NCBI GenBank assembly: GCA_964577565.1
Contig: CAZNZL010000001.1
Span: forward strand, 398,566-462,565
From: an uncultured Candidatus Saccharibacteria bacterium
GTDB lineage: Bacteria > Patescibacteriota > Saccharimonadia > Saccharimonadales > JAGQNJ01
Length of the DNA: 64,000 nucleotides
Direction: 5' to 3'
The position numbers and the translations under genes are program-made. Below, in pieces: positions 7,915 to 18,100 of this stretch. The notes below the pieces were generated by a model, which saw only the letters and a program-made list of their open reading frames with translations, was not told the origin of the DNA and did not search any database. Numbering within the stretch: the stretch's first letter is position 1; every line of letters begins with the position of its first letter.

Positions 7915-8898
7915 TTATCGGGTTTGTTCCCAGGTAAACTCGGAGTGACCAAAGTGACCCCACCGGGCAGTAGCCTCGTAACCAGACCTCAGAAGTTCAA
8001 GCCACTCGATAATGCCATTGGGCGAAAGGTCATAGCCGCTAACGGTTTGCGGCTTGCCATCAATGATGACGCTAGCCTCAAGCGGCTGATCATGGCCAAT
8101 TGCATAGGCCAGCCGGCAAAAAACCTCGTTAGCTTTGTGTTTTTGTAGGTAATCTATGGCAATTTTACGAGCGGCATAGGCAGCAGAACGGTCAACCTTG
8201 CTTGGATCTTTGCCGCTAAAACAACCGCCGCCAATTGGAATGCGCGGCCCATAATTATCGACCACCAATTTACGACCGGTTAAGCCAGTATCGGCATCAA
8301 AACCGCCCACCTCCCAATCGCCTGCTGGATTTATGTGAAGCTTTGGGCTTGTGCCGGTTGTAGCGAGCGGCTCTTGTTGTAGCCAGGCCGATACTCTCTC
8401 TTGTAAATCTGGTTGTGAGGCGTGCTGAAAACTGGCAACGATAGACTCTATTAAACTACCGCGCAACGTTACCTGTGTTTTGCCGTCATGCGGCCACTCA
8501 TCATAGAGGTATTGATTAAGCTTACGGCTTAATACCACCTCGAGCGGCAACAGCTCTGGCGTCTCGTTGCACGCATAGCCAACCATAATGCCTTGGTCGC
8601 CTGCTCCGCCGGTATCGACGCCTTGGGCAATCTCGGGGCTTTGTTTAACCAAACGAACCTCAACCTCAACCTTGCCGGCTAGGCGTGTCACGATTGGCTC
8701 AACCGCAACCTTTGCGTTTGAGGTAACTTCTCCGACAACAAAGACTTTACCGTGGCCACCAACCGCCTCAACCGCTACCCGGGCAGCCGGATCCTGAGAA
8801 AGATAGGCATCTAAAATTGCATCTGAGATTTGATCGCATAGTTTATCTGGATGCTTTGGCGAGACGCTCTCAGCTGATTTATATTGCTTTGCAGACAT
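7915..8898 (-). CDS. metK: S-adenosylmethionine synthetase
   Basis: SVSPKHPDKLCDQISDAILD, GAGDQGIMVGYA and GGGCFSGKDPSKVDRSAAY motifs. The true start is ATG 8898 (AAAGGAG RBS). The track's upstream 69 codons are the riboswitch. Confidence 0.9.
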   Translation of the reverse strand: MSAKQYKSAESVSPKHPDKLCDQISDAILDAYLSQDPAARVAVEAVGGHGKVFVVGEVTSNAKVAVEPIVTRLAGKVEVEVRLVKQSPEIAQGVDTGGAGDQGIMVGYACNETPELLPLEVVLSRKLNQYLYDEWPHDGKTQVTLRGSLIESIVASFQHASQPDLQERVSAWLQQEPLATTGTSPKLHINPAGDWEVGGFDADTGLTGRKLVVDNYGPRIPIGGGCFSGKDPSKVDRSAAYAARKIAIDYLQKHKANEVFCRLAYAIGHDQPLEASVIIDGKPQTVSGYDLSPNGIIEWLELLRSGYEATARWGHFGHSEFTWEQTR

Positions 8899-9061
8899 AA
8901 AAAAACTCCTTTCTATCTGCCGCCGCGTAATCGGAGAAAAAGGAGCTTGGAACTCTGCTATCTTCCCCGCGTGCGGGCTGAATGTAGCACCAACATCCGT
9001 TACAAAACGGACAGGTTGCTGGTGGGTCGTAGGGTCAGTTCCCTCACCACACTCTTGATAG
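8899..9061 (-). promoter_or_regulatory. SAM-I (S-box) riboswitch with a terminator / SD-sequestering hairpin
   Basis: The minus strand reads CTATCAAGAGTGTGGTGAGGGAACTGACCCTACGACCCACCAGCAACC..TGGTGCTACATTCAGCC..GAAGATAG, which matches the S-box core. It is followed by CTCCTTT..AAAGGAG and U7 abutting the ATG. Confidence 0.85.
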
Positions 9062-9081
9062 GTTACATTGTTAACGTTTGT

Positions 9082-9110
9082 AGTATAGCGCAAACCTAGC
9101 AACAAACCAA
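9082..9110 (-). promoter_or_regulatory. candidate metK/riboswitch promoter (TTGGTT-17 nt-TATACT)
   Basis: On the minus strand, -35 is at 9110-9105 and -10 at 9087-9082, about 20 nt upstream of the aptamer P1. Confidence 0.45.
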
Positions 9111-9169
9111 CCCGTGGTTTGATTTCTTATTTTAGTGAGGGCTTGAAAGCGGTTATACTAAAAAGGTTC

Positions 9170-11680
9170 ATGTCTTTTGCCTTTACTACGTCAGATCACC
9201 AACACGTATTCGAACATCTAAAATCAAGCGAGCAAGGCTTGAGTACGGCCGAGGCTAACTCACGGCTTATCCAACACGGCCACAACGTTTTAACAGCTCG
9301 GCATAAGCTGCCATGGTGGAAAAAATTACTCGAACCTTTCTTGGGTGTCTTTGTTTATATTTTAGTATTTGCCGCCATTATTAGTTTAATTGCGCGCGAG
9401 CCACTCGATGCAATGATCATTGGCATTATACTATGTGCTAACGCAGCCATTTATTATATCCAGCGCTTCTCGTCTGACCGCGTGCTCGATAAACTTAAAA
9501 GTTTTGATAAACGGCAGGTGCCTGTACTACGTGATGGCGAGCCCGTGTATGTAGATGCTCAGCAACTGGTGCCAGGCGATATTGTATTTTTAGACGAAGG
9601 TATGCAAGTACCGGCAGACGGGCGCATTATTCATGCTGACCAGTTAGAGATCAACGAAGCCGCTCTGACCGGCGAATCGTCGCCTGTCAAAAAACTGAGT
9701 GCTAAGCTTAAAAATGTACCGCAAATTTTTGCGCAAACAAATATGGTCTTTCAGGGCACGTTAGTACGAGCCGGCAAAGCGCAGTACATTGTAACCGCAA
9801 CCGGGAACCACACCGAACTGGGCCGTATAGCGCACTTAATTCCTCCGCAACGCGAAGAAACCGAGGTTGAAAAAACAATAAACAAACTTTTTACTCGCGT
9901 GGTAATTGGCGTTGCACTCATTGCTTGTTTGGTTTTTTTACTGGCAATTTTACGCGGCATATCGTTGCCCGAGAGCTTGCACTACGCCCTCAGCTTAACG
10001 GTTTCTTCGGTGCCCGAAGGATTACCGTTGGCAATATCGGTAGTCTTAATTTTTGGTGCCCGTCGCATGGCAAAACATCATGCGCTGGTACGTAACCTGC
10101 ATGCGATTGAGGCATTTGGTCAGACCAGCGTCATCATTACTGATAAAACTGGTACGCTTACCAAAAATAAACTCGAGTTTGAATCTATGTGGCAACTCCC
10201 TGGCAAAGAAGACGCCATTACAACCTATACGCCGCTTTCGGTTGCGGTTGACCGCCACACCGCCACCACTGACAGCCTCGAACAAGCTCTCTTAAAGCAA
10301 AAACGCACGACTCTAGAAGGCTGGAAACAAGTTGGGCTGATCCCGTTTGATCAACAGCACCGCATGAGCGGCGCTTATTGGCAAACTAACAAAGGGCTCG
10401 TTGCAGTCGTCAAAGGTGCGCCCGAAAGTCTCCTAAAATATGCCAAGCTCAGCGCCACACATAAAACAGCCCTTGAAACGCAATTAGAAACCTATCTAAC
10501 AAAAGGCTACCGCGTGCTTGCAATCGGCCTTGAGCCAATTACGGATCTGCCCACTAAATACTCACCTCGCACGATTGATATGTTAGGATTGCTGATCTTT
10601 GGCGACACCATACGCCCGAGCGCCAAAACGGCCGTTGCCACTGCCAAAGAAGCGGGCATTACGGTAGTAATGCTTACCGGCGACCACGTCACAACGGCAC
10701 GACACGTTGGCCTTGAAACCGGCATAATATCGAGTCGTGAAGCAGCCACGCTGGCAACTGACGAACACATTAAAGCCATCACCAAAGACCCGCTTCATGA
10801 GCTTGAGAAAGTACAGGTATTAGCGCGCGTGTTGCCAGAGCATAAATACGATATTTTACGCGCCGTACAACATCATCACATTGTGGTCATGACTGGCGAC
10901 GGCGTTAATGACGTACCGGCGCTTTCTAAAGCCCACATTGGCGTCGCCATGGGCAGCGGCACCGATGCCGCCAAAGAAGCAAGTGATGTTATTTTGCTCA
11001 ACGATAATTTTGCTTCAATTGTAAAAGCGATCGAGCAAGGCAGAACCATTACCCGCAACATCAAAAAAATCGTCTACTGCCTGTTTTCAACTAACCTGAG
11101 TACCATCATCATTATTATCTTTTCTTTAATTGCCAACTTAGGCGTGCCGTTGCTGGCGGTACAAATTCTCTGGATTAATCTTATCGTTGACGATATTGTG
11201 GTTATTCCGCTTGGTCTGGAGCCGCCAGAGCCCGACATCATGAAACAAAAACCACGCCGTTTAACACGCGGTTTCTTCAGCAACTATGATCACTTACGGG
11301 CTTTTTTGATTGCAGCAACCATGGCAGCTATTACCTTAAGTGTGTACGTTTTCTACAAAGATGTCGCCCCTGCGCTTGCCAATACGGCAGCTTTTTTTGT
11401 GCTTACCGCTATGCAATGGGCAAACGCTATTAACTCGCGCAGTTTTACAAAACCTTTTTGGGCGCTGCTGCACCGGCCAAATTATCGCTTATATGCAGGC
11501 ATTAGTATTGCCATTATCTTGCAAATTATTGTGTTAACAACCCCGCTTGGTAGGCTGTTGCATATTCATCACATTGGCTTTACTGAAGTAATAGTTATGG
11601 TGCTGGCGGTCATTATTGTACTGCTGACAGATGGCATCTTTAAAGTTGCCGTGAAAGAACACCGCACTCGCACTGCTTAA
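9170..11680 (+). CDS. cation-transporting P-type ATPase (P2-type, Ca2+/Mg2+-like)
   Basis: DKTGTLT phosphorylation motif, PEGLP, TGDHVTTA and MTGDGVNDVPAL. Start moved to ATG 9170 (MSFAFTTSDHQH..). Confidence 0.9.
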   Translation: MSFAFTTSDHQHVFEHLKSSEQGLSTAEANSRLIQHGHNVLTARHKLPWWKKLLEPFLGVFVYILVFAAIISLIAREPLDAMIIGIILCANAAIYYIQRFSSDRVLDKLKSFDKRQVPVLRDGEPVYVDAQQLVPGDIVFLDEGMQVPADGRIIHADQLEINEAALTGESSPVKKLSAKLKNVPQIFAQTNMVFQGTLVRAGKAQYIVTATGNHTELGRIAHLIPPQREETEVEKTINKLFTRVVIGVALIACLVFLLAILRGISLPESLHYALSLTVSSVPEGLPLAISVVLIFGARRMAKHHALVRNLHAIEAFGQTSVIITDKTGTLTKNKLEFESMWQLPGKEDAITTYTPLSVAVDRHTATTDSLEQALLKQKRTTLEGWKQVGLIPFDQQHRMSGAYWQTNKGLVAVVKGAPESLLKYAKLSATHKTALETQLETYLTKGYRVLAIGLEPITDLPTKYSPRTIDMLGLLIFGDTIRPSAKTAVATAKEAGITVVMLTGDHVTTARHVGLETGIISSREAATLATDEHIKAITKDPLHELEKVQVLARVLPEHKYDILRAVQHHHIVVMTGDGVNDVPALSKAHIGVAMGSGTDAAKEASDVILLNDNFASIVKAIEQGRTITRNIKKIVYCLFSTNLSTIIIIIFSLIANLGVPLLAVQILWINLIVDDIVVIPLGLEPPEPDIMKQKPRRLTRGFFSNYDHLRAFLIAATMAAITLSVYVFYKDVAPALANTAAFFVLTAMQWANAINSRSFTKPFWALLHRPNYRLYAGISIAIILQIIVLTTPLGRLLHIHHIGFTEVIVMVLAVIIVLLTDGIFKVAVKEHRTRTA

Positions 11681-12102
11681 CCCAAGTTACGATTGAGCGT
11701 TTGCAACCCTGAAAGCAAAGCCCGCTGCTGATTGGCAGGAATAGTGGCAAGCAAGGGACGAAGCTGATTATTAAGTAGCACCTGCGCACGGCGCACAATC
11801 CGCTGGCCGCGTGGTGTCAGGCTGACGACATGCTCACGACGATCACCTGGCTTGGTAGTTATTCTGAGTAGGCCATCGCCATCCATCAGTTTTATTTGCC
11901 GGCTAACGCTTGACTCGGTTTGGCCTAAGCTCCGCGCAATGTATTTTTGCTGCACATAGGGGCGCTCTTCAACCACGCATAACACCTTAAACTGCGCCAT
12001 GCCGATTTCTAAACGACTTAATAAAATTTCATCGTTAAAGCGGGCAAGGGAGGCAGCTACTTGCTGTAGTAGTAAGCCAAGACTTTGATTTGAATTATTC
12101 AT
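11677..12102 (-). CDS. MarR-family transcriptional regulator
   Basis: Winged-helix region LGQTESSVSRQIKLMDGDGLLRITTKPGDRREHVVSLTPRG. The 3' end overlaps the ATPase stop by 4 nt. Confidence 0.8.
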   Translation of the reverse strand: MNNSNQSLGLLLQQVAASLARFNDEILLSRLEIGMAQFKVLCVVEERPYVQQKYIARSLGQTESSVSRQIKLMDGDGLLRITTKPGDRREHVVSLTPRGQRIVRRAQVLLNNQLRPLLATIPANQQRALLSGLQTLNRNLG

Positions 12103-12134
12103 AGCAAATACTTTACATGTTAATAATTAACACG

Positions 12135-12935
12135 TCAAGTATTTGTCAATGGGTCAATGATGTGCGTAAGGTGTTGCCATTCGTCAATGGTTAGTTCTTG
12201 CGCCCGCTTATCAGGACTGATGTGAGCCTGCTGCAGCAAGGCTTCAGTTTGGATTTTAGGTAGCTTTAACCCCTTACTCAGACTGCTACGTAATTTTTTA
12301 CGCGGCTCGTTAAACCCGGCCGTAACGACGTTAAAAAAAGCATCACTAACCGTAATCAGCGGCCGCGTTCTTTGGGTTAAGATCAAAACTTGTGAATCAA
12401 CTTTTGGAGGTGGCGTAAAGAGCACCGCGGGTACTACCTGCCCTACAGTAACCTCATAAAATATTTGGGTAAAGATAGCGATGGGCGTAAGTTTGCCAGG
12501 GGTAGCCGCTACCCGCTCGGCAACCTCTTTTTGTACCAGCAGGGCGGCAATAACGGGCTTAGGCGCTTCGTCAACCAGCCGTCGGAGCAAGTTGGCAGTG
12601 AGATAGTACGGGATGTTAGCCACAATCTTGTAGTTTTTAGGAAGATACGAAAAATCAAAGGTACGGATATCACCTTCTTGAATAAATAGTTGGGTAGAGT
12701 GATTGCGGTGAAAGGTGTGCTGCAGCTGCTTAATGCGCTCACGGTCAACTTCAAGCGCTAAAACGTCTGCCCCAGCGGCTAATAAACGCTTCGTTAAGGT
12801 GCCGGTCCCGGGGCCAATCTCGAGCACATAGTCGCCGGTCGTAACTTTTGCACTTGAAATTATGTTGTCTAATACCTCGATATCGGTCAGCCAATGTTGA
12901 CCAAGCGACTTTTTTGCAAACGGCAAACGGCTCAT
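12135..12935 (-). CDS. rsmA: 16S rRNA (adenine1518/1519-N6)-dimethyltransferase
   Basis: LGQHWL, the SAM-binding motif VLEIGPGTGTLT and NIPYY. It ends at a TGA, so TGA is a stop in this genome. Confidence 0.9.
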   Translation of the reverse strand: MSRLPFAKKSLGQHWLTDIEVLDNIISSAKVTTGDYVLEIGPGTGTLTKRLLAAGADVLALEVDRERIKQLQHTFHRNHSTQLFIQEGDIRTFDFSYLPKNYKIVANIPYYLTANLLRRLVDEAPKPVIAALLVQKEVAERVAATPGKLTPIAIFTQIFYEVTVGQVVPAVLFTPPPKVDSQVLILTQRTRPLITVSDAFFNVVTAGFNEPRKKLRSSLSKGLKLPKIQTEALLQQAHISPDKRAQELTIDEWQHLTHIIDPLTNT

Positions 12936-13351
12936 AAATCGAATAAATTTAGCTTGGTGGTGTCGTCGCGTTTGCGGGTTAGCGTTTGCTCGAACACACG
13001 CAGATAAATCTCGCAGGTGCCGCCAACAATCAGATCTTTAACATGGCCGCCGATGGCCTGAAGGCGCTGGTCTGAAAGGGTAACGTGCATATGAATTATG
13101 GGCTTGTCGTTTTGCCAAGCAACATTGCCGGTTAGGTTAGTTATCTCCATGAGCTCAGTTAGTTTATGCCATTCGTACGTTTCTGTCTCTAGATTGTAGT
13201 AGCCAAGCTCAACTGCTTTTGCTGCCCCAAGGCCTTGCAACCAGGCGCCAGTGATATTGTGCTGTCGAATAAATAGTTGGAGCTCGCTCATAAGATCATC
13301 GTGCAGATCAAAACGCAGTATGTAGCCGTCGTCAACGTTTGTAGACTTCAT
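12932..13351 (-). CDS. PPC (DUF296)-domain protein
   Basis: GLGAAKAVELGYY..ITNLTGNVAW..IHMHVTLSD..GGHV pattern. The start overlaps the upstream stop (TAATG), and the stop overlaps the rsmA start (ATGA). Confidence 0.6.
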   Translation of the reverse strand: MKSTNVDDGYILRFDLHDDLMSELQLFIRQHNITGAWLQGLGAAKAVELGYYNLETETYEWHKLTELMEITNLTGNVAWQNDKPIIHMHVTLSDQRLQAIGGHVKDLIVGGTCEIYLRVFEQTLTRKRDDTTKLNLFDL

Positions 13352-14601
13352 TAATACCAACCTCTCGATTGTGATGCCGCCCATGCTCCGCACGGTGCGC
13401 CATAGCGCCCGGCTATATAGCCCATGCCCCAGCTTATTTGCGTCGCCGGATTAGTTGCCCAGTCAGCCCCTGCTGTAGCCATTTTGGTGCCCGGCAAGGC
13501 TTGCGGAATACCGTACGCGCCAGAACTTGGGTTACCGGCAGTCGTGCGCCAGCCTGATTCTTTTTGCCACAGCTGGTAGAGGCAGTACCACTGCTCACCC
13601 GTCCAGCCGCGTGAAGCAGCCATGCGTTCGCCTAGCTTCACATTGTCTGACGGATTAGAGATAACAATTTTTGTACCACGCGCAATGACTTTGCGAATAG
13701 GCTGAATGGTAATGACTTCTTGCAGCGGTGTACGACTTACTTCTACGCCATTTTCTAGTTTGATCTCGTAGGTTACCACTTTTTTACCAGGCACGCCAGG
13801 TTCTCTTTCAACCGTTTGGCCTTTTATAATTGACGGATCATCGACGTGCTCAACAGGCGGCTCAATCGCTTCTTCTACGGCAACTACCTGTTGGCCCTCG
13901 CGAGTAATCGACACCCGCATATCAGGCCGTAGCGGCGTATCGGCCGCTGGCGCAACCGTGTCATCGGGTGAGACCTTTATGCCCTTTTCTTTTAATAAAT
14001 CTCCGACGGTTTCTACCTGCGTGCGAACCGCACTAACGTTTCCGTAAAGCAGTAACGTAATGGGCACCGCTCGGTCAATGACATACCGCTCGCCAACCAC
14101 ACCTTCTTGCAGTAAGTTTTCAGGGGCCTCTGGTAAAACGTTATCTTCAGGGTACACAACAATACCGGCTTTTCGCGCAGCCACGCGGGGCGACTGGTCA
14201 GCCGAGTTAATAACAACTTTTTTATCGTTATCAACAATCAAAACCGGACGGGCACGGTATACGTTAATGTTAAAGTTATCCTCGACAATGGCCGCATCGA
14301 GCGATGGCTCGACAATGTCACCATCGTGCACTGTTATATCTAGCCGCTCAAATAATTCACTAACGGTTGATGCCCGCGTTGGCAACGTACGTTTAGTATC
14401 ATCAACGTACACGGTAACTACGCGTGCATCAGAGGGCCCGACAACGCTCCCCTCACCCAGCACCACAAAGCCGACAAGTGTAATAAAAAACAACCCTAGT
14501 AACGTGATGACCGGTACCACAAACGGATGTTTTTTTAGACTGAGTAGCTTCTTTGTGTGGCCGTGCTGTAACGAGCTGGTTGGTTGAATGGTCTTGCTCA
14601 T
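13351..14601 (-). CDS. membrane-anchored DUF348/G5-domain protein with a C-terminal lytic-transglycosylase-like domain
   Basis: N-terminal TM segment, repeated DUF348-like segments and a G5-like segment (GKKVVTYEIKLENG). The C-terminus reads LWQKESGWRTTAGNPSSGAYGIPQALPGTKM..WGMGYIAGRYG. Confidence 0.75.
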   Translation of the reverse strand: MSKTIQPTSSLQHGHTKKLLSLKKHPFVVPVITLLGLFFITLVGFVVLGEGSVVGPSDARVVTVYVDDTKRTLPTRASTVSELFERLDITVHDGDIVEPSLDAAIVEDNFNINVYRARPVLIVDNDKKVVINSADQSPRVAARKAGIVVYPEDNVLPEAPENLLQEGVVGERYVIDRAVPITLLLYGNVSAVRTQVETVGDLLKEKGIKVSPDDTVAPAADTPLRPDMRVSITREGQQVVAVEEAIEPPVEHVDDPSIIKGQTVEREPGVPGKKVVTYEIKLENGVEVSRTPLQEVITIQPIRKVIARGTKIVISNPSDNVKLGERMAASRGWTGEQWYCLYQLWQKESGWRTTAGNPSSGAYGIPQALPGTKMATAGADWATNPATQISWGMGYIAGRYGAPCGAWAASQSRGWY

Positions 14602-14677
14602 GGATCAAATGCCCCTCAAGCCGTTGTATCTTCGGCTTTACAGACCTTACTATTGTAACAGATGAAGCAAGCCTCCC

Positions 14678-15136
14678 CTACCGAATATAGTCAGCCAATG
14701 CTTGTAATACATCCGAGCTTGCATTACGCGTGTTAAGGTCTGAAGTTTTAATCCACCGTGACTCGACAACCTCTGATCGCGACGGCCGTAACGTTATTTT
14801 TTTAGGCAACGCAACCTTAAACAGCGCAAACGGAAACTCGAGCCCATTGTGGCGGTAGGTTTTATTGGCGAGTTTCTTAATTTGCGCGGGCGAAACGCGC
14901 AGTCCTATTTCTTCATCGACTTCCCTGATAATGGCTGCCTGTTCGGTTTCATGCGGCTTAATACCGCCGCCCGGTAATGACCACTTGCCGTTACCGAGCC
15001 ACGATTTTGTAACTACAATTTCATCATTAACCATAATCAATGCTCGTGTGCGCTTAGAGCGTTTTAAAAACACTCTTAAACCAGGCCACAATAGCCAGTA
15101 AACAGCCAGCCCTAAAATTGGTGGTCCTAGCTTCAT
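14678..15136 (-). CDS. NUDIX hydrolase with an N-terminal membrane anchor
   Basis: Nudix box GGGIKPHETEQAAIIREVDEEIGL. ATGA overlap with the pcrA stop. Confidence 0.8.
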   Translation of the reverse strand: MKLGPPILGLAVYWLLWPGLRVFLKRSKRTRALIMVNDEIVVTKSWLGNGKWSLPGGGIKPHETEQAAIIREVDEEIGLRVSPAQIKKLANKTYRHNGLEFPFALFKVALPKKITLRPSRSEVVESRWIKTSDLNTRNASSDVLQALADYIR

Positions 15137-18100
15137 AGTTTTTCTACACCCGCAAACGCAATATTAATTTTTTTGGTGCCCTTACCCTTAAAGTAAATCG
15201 TTGCCACGTCGCCGTCCATTTCAAGCACCGTACCAACACCAAAGACATTGTGTTTAATACCGTCGCCCTCATTAAGCTCGGGCACGTATCGTGGCTCGTC
15301 ATACGGGACCGGTTTTGTCGGCGATGGAGCTTCATCGTACGCCTGAGGCTGATGCATTGCCCTACCAAAACCAAGATTGTTCAAAAAACTATTTTCAATA
15401 ATTGATTCGGCATTGATCTCACTCAAGAAACGTGATGGCGGATTATGTTGCTGACCGCCGTACAGCAAACGACTGGCGGCATGAATCATATACAGCTCTT
15501 GCCGAGCCCGCGTCATACCCACGTAGCACAACCGGCGTTCTTCTTCCATTTCATGCTGGTCATATAAGGCACGTGAGTGCGGAAAGATCGACTCTTCCAT
15601 GCCGGTCATAAAGACCACCGGAAATTCCAGACCCTTGGCACTGTGCAGCGTCATGAGCGTTACGGCATTACCCTGAAGATCAACTTGATCAATATCACTG
15701 ATTAAACTGACCTCTTCTAAGAAGCCGTCGAGGCCCAAATCTTGATACTGCTCGGCCACACTCAGCAACTCCTTAACATTTTCTTGCCGCGATTCACCCT
15801 GTATGGTGCCGTCATCTAAATACGTCATGTAGTCAAGCCGCCTAATTAAAGAATCAATAACGCCGCTCACGCTCGCATCTTGCATAATGCTACGAAGGCT
15901 AATCAAAATATCAGTTAGCTCAACAAGGCCTTTGCGAGCTTTTGGTGTGATATCACTGCACTCAGAAGCCAAGTTAAGCGCCTCAAGCAAACGATAGTTA
16001 TTACGCGCCCGCCACGCCAAAAACTGCTCGAGCGACTTGGTGCCAATGCCGCGAGTTGGCACATTAACAATGCGCTCAAAACTAATAGCGTCTTCTGGTT
16101 GGTAAATGAGGCGCAGGTACGCCATGATATCTTTGATTTCTTTGCGGTCATAAAAACGTACGCCGCCAACGATCTTATACGGAATACCGTATTGCACAAA
16201 CGCTTCTTCAATGGAGCGGCTTTGTGCATTGGTACGGTACAAAATGGCAAAGTCACGGTACTGACGGGCACCAATGTCGACAGCGGTTTTAACACGCCGA
16301 ATAATTGCTTCGCCCTCCGCCCGTTCACTGGCTACCTGTAAGACTTGTACCGGGTGACCGTTGCCTTCGTCAGTCCACAGTTTTTTATCAGAACGTTGTT
16401 GATTCTTGGTAATAACAGCGTGGGCAGCATCAAGAATATGTTTTGTGCTCCGATAGTTGCGCTCTAGCTTGATAATGGTGGTGTCTTTATGGTCACGCTC
16501 AAAGTTAAGAATGTTTCTAAAATCTGCCCCTCTCCATGAATAGATTGAATTGTGAACTACGATCCCGTTCGCACTATAGTTATGAACCTGCTCGACATCA
16601 ATATCATACACATCACCGTCATAGTCGCTGCGACCCACCGATTCTATTTGTACCTCTTCAATCGCATCACCCTTGACAACCGGCAACATCATGCCCGGAT
16701 ACACATGCGCCGCTGGAGTAAAATTAAACTTCTTGTCTGTTAGAAAGGCATATTTAACGATCGTGATATTGCTGAGCTTATCTTTCATCCGGTTAATAGT
16801 TTCTTCAAGTTTACCGTAGTTAAGATTATGAACTTCAGCGCGTGAAGTTCCAGCTTTTCCAGCGCGCACCCTAAACCCAAGTCTGTCTAACACCATTAAC
16901 GATTGATTGTCGGATGTATTAATCGAAAGTCGACTAGCCGACCATGGACTCTGCTGAGTAATGCGCCGATCACCAAACAGCACGAGATTCAAAGCGACGC
17001 GTGCAATGCTGCCCCGTGACGTTGCCCCCGGTATAAAGTGAGGGTAATCCTCAAGTAAACCGAGTTCATCGAATAGATCCTGAGCTCGTTTACGCGTGTC
17101 TATTTGACTGTATATAGCATCTATGTAATTTTGACTAAATTTCATCTGTCGATTAGAGAAAGCATGGAATACCATCATTGGTATACCATATTTATAGGCA
17201 AGTAATGACTCGTTGAAAACTGCCTCTTCTCGATTTTCACACACCTTAAGAATCCACATTTTATCGGCTCGTTCTTGATTGGCACGAACCCGCAATCCTA
17301 TGTCGTCTTTCTTGCCATCAAATCGAGTACCCTTTGTAAAGCCAATTCTATAGCCATAGCGCGTCGAATACATAAGATAAACAAAGTATGAATCAGTGTG
17401 GGCCCATCGTGTGAACATAAGATGGTTGGGGGTGCAACGAAAGGTTTGCCCATCAACAGTAGTAATCTGTACCAGCTTACCCTTGTAGTGTGATCGTTTT
17501 TTTCTGGTTACGGGAAAATGATGCGTCTTACCATACCCAGCGGCTGCCTTAACAAGCGTTCCTTGCTCAATGTCTTTTATCGCTCGTGGTCCATGAACCG
17601 TTTCAATCAGGCTATCGGGCAGAATACATTGCCAGTCGTCCCCGACAACCGCGATATTGTTGTGCGGTCCGGTTAGTAATTTAATAAGCCGGTACTGGGC
17701 TGCGTTAGTATCTTGGTACTCATCGATGAGCACATATTTAAACTGTTGCTGCCATTTTTCTCTGATGGTCTGATGCTGTTCGAGCATAGAAACCGTACGC
17801 GCAATCAAGTCATCAAAGTCTAGCGCATTGGCTTCTTTGAGAAGCGCCTGATAATGCGGAAAAACTTTAGCCGCTGTTTCTTGGATTGGCCCGGACGCTA
17901 GACCAAGGTAAGCCTCTGGGGTCAGCAGCTCATTTTTAGCAGTGCTGATAATGTTTGCTGTGGTACGAGCCGGAAAACTCTTTTCATCAATTGAAAGTTG
18001 TTTGTTAATTTTTTTGATGGCGTTTAAGCGATCTGCTTCATCAAAGATAACAAAATTCGGGTGAATGCCGGCCTGCTCACCACTAGCCCGTAGTAAACGC

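Noticed and set aside
8899-9105. The track's 69-codon N-terminal extension of metK (MLLGLRYTTNVNN...).
   Set aside because: This stretch is the SAM-I riboswitch and its promoter. A good RBS and ATG sit at 8898, and MetK homology starts there.
12135-12137. Possibility of an alternative genetic code (UGA recoding, as in some CPR lineages) or of recoding at the in-frame TAG/TAA at 31.7 kb.
   Set aside because: TGA ends rsmA at its normal length, and TAA and TAG end many well-conserved genes here. The standard code fits. The 31.7-kb stops are better explained as nonsense mutations in a repeat.
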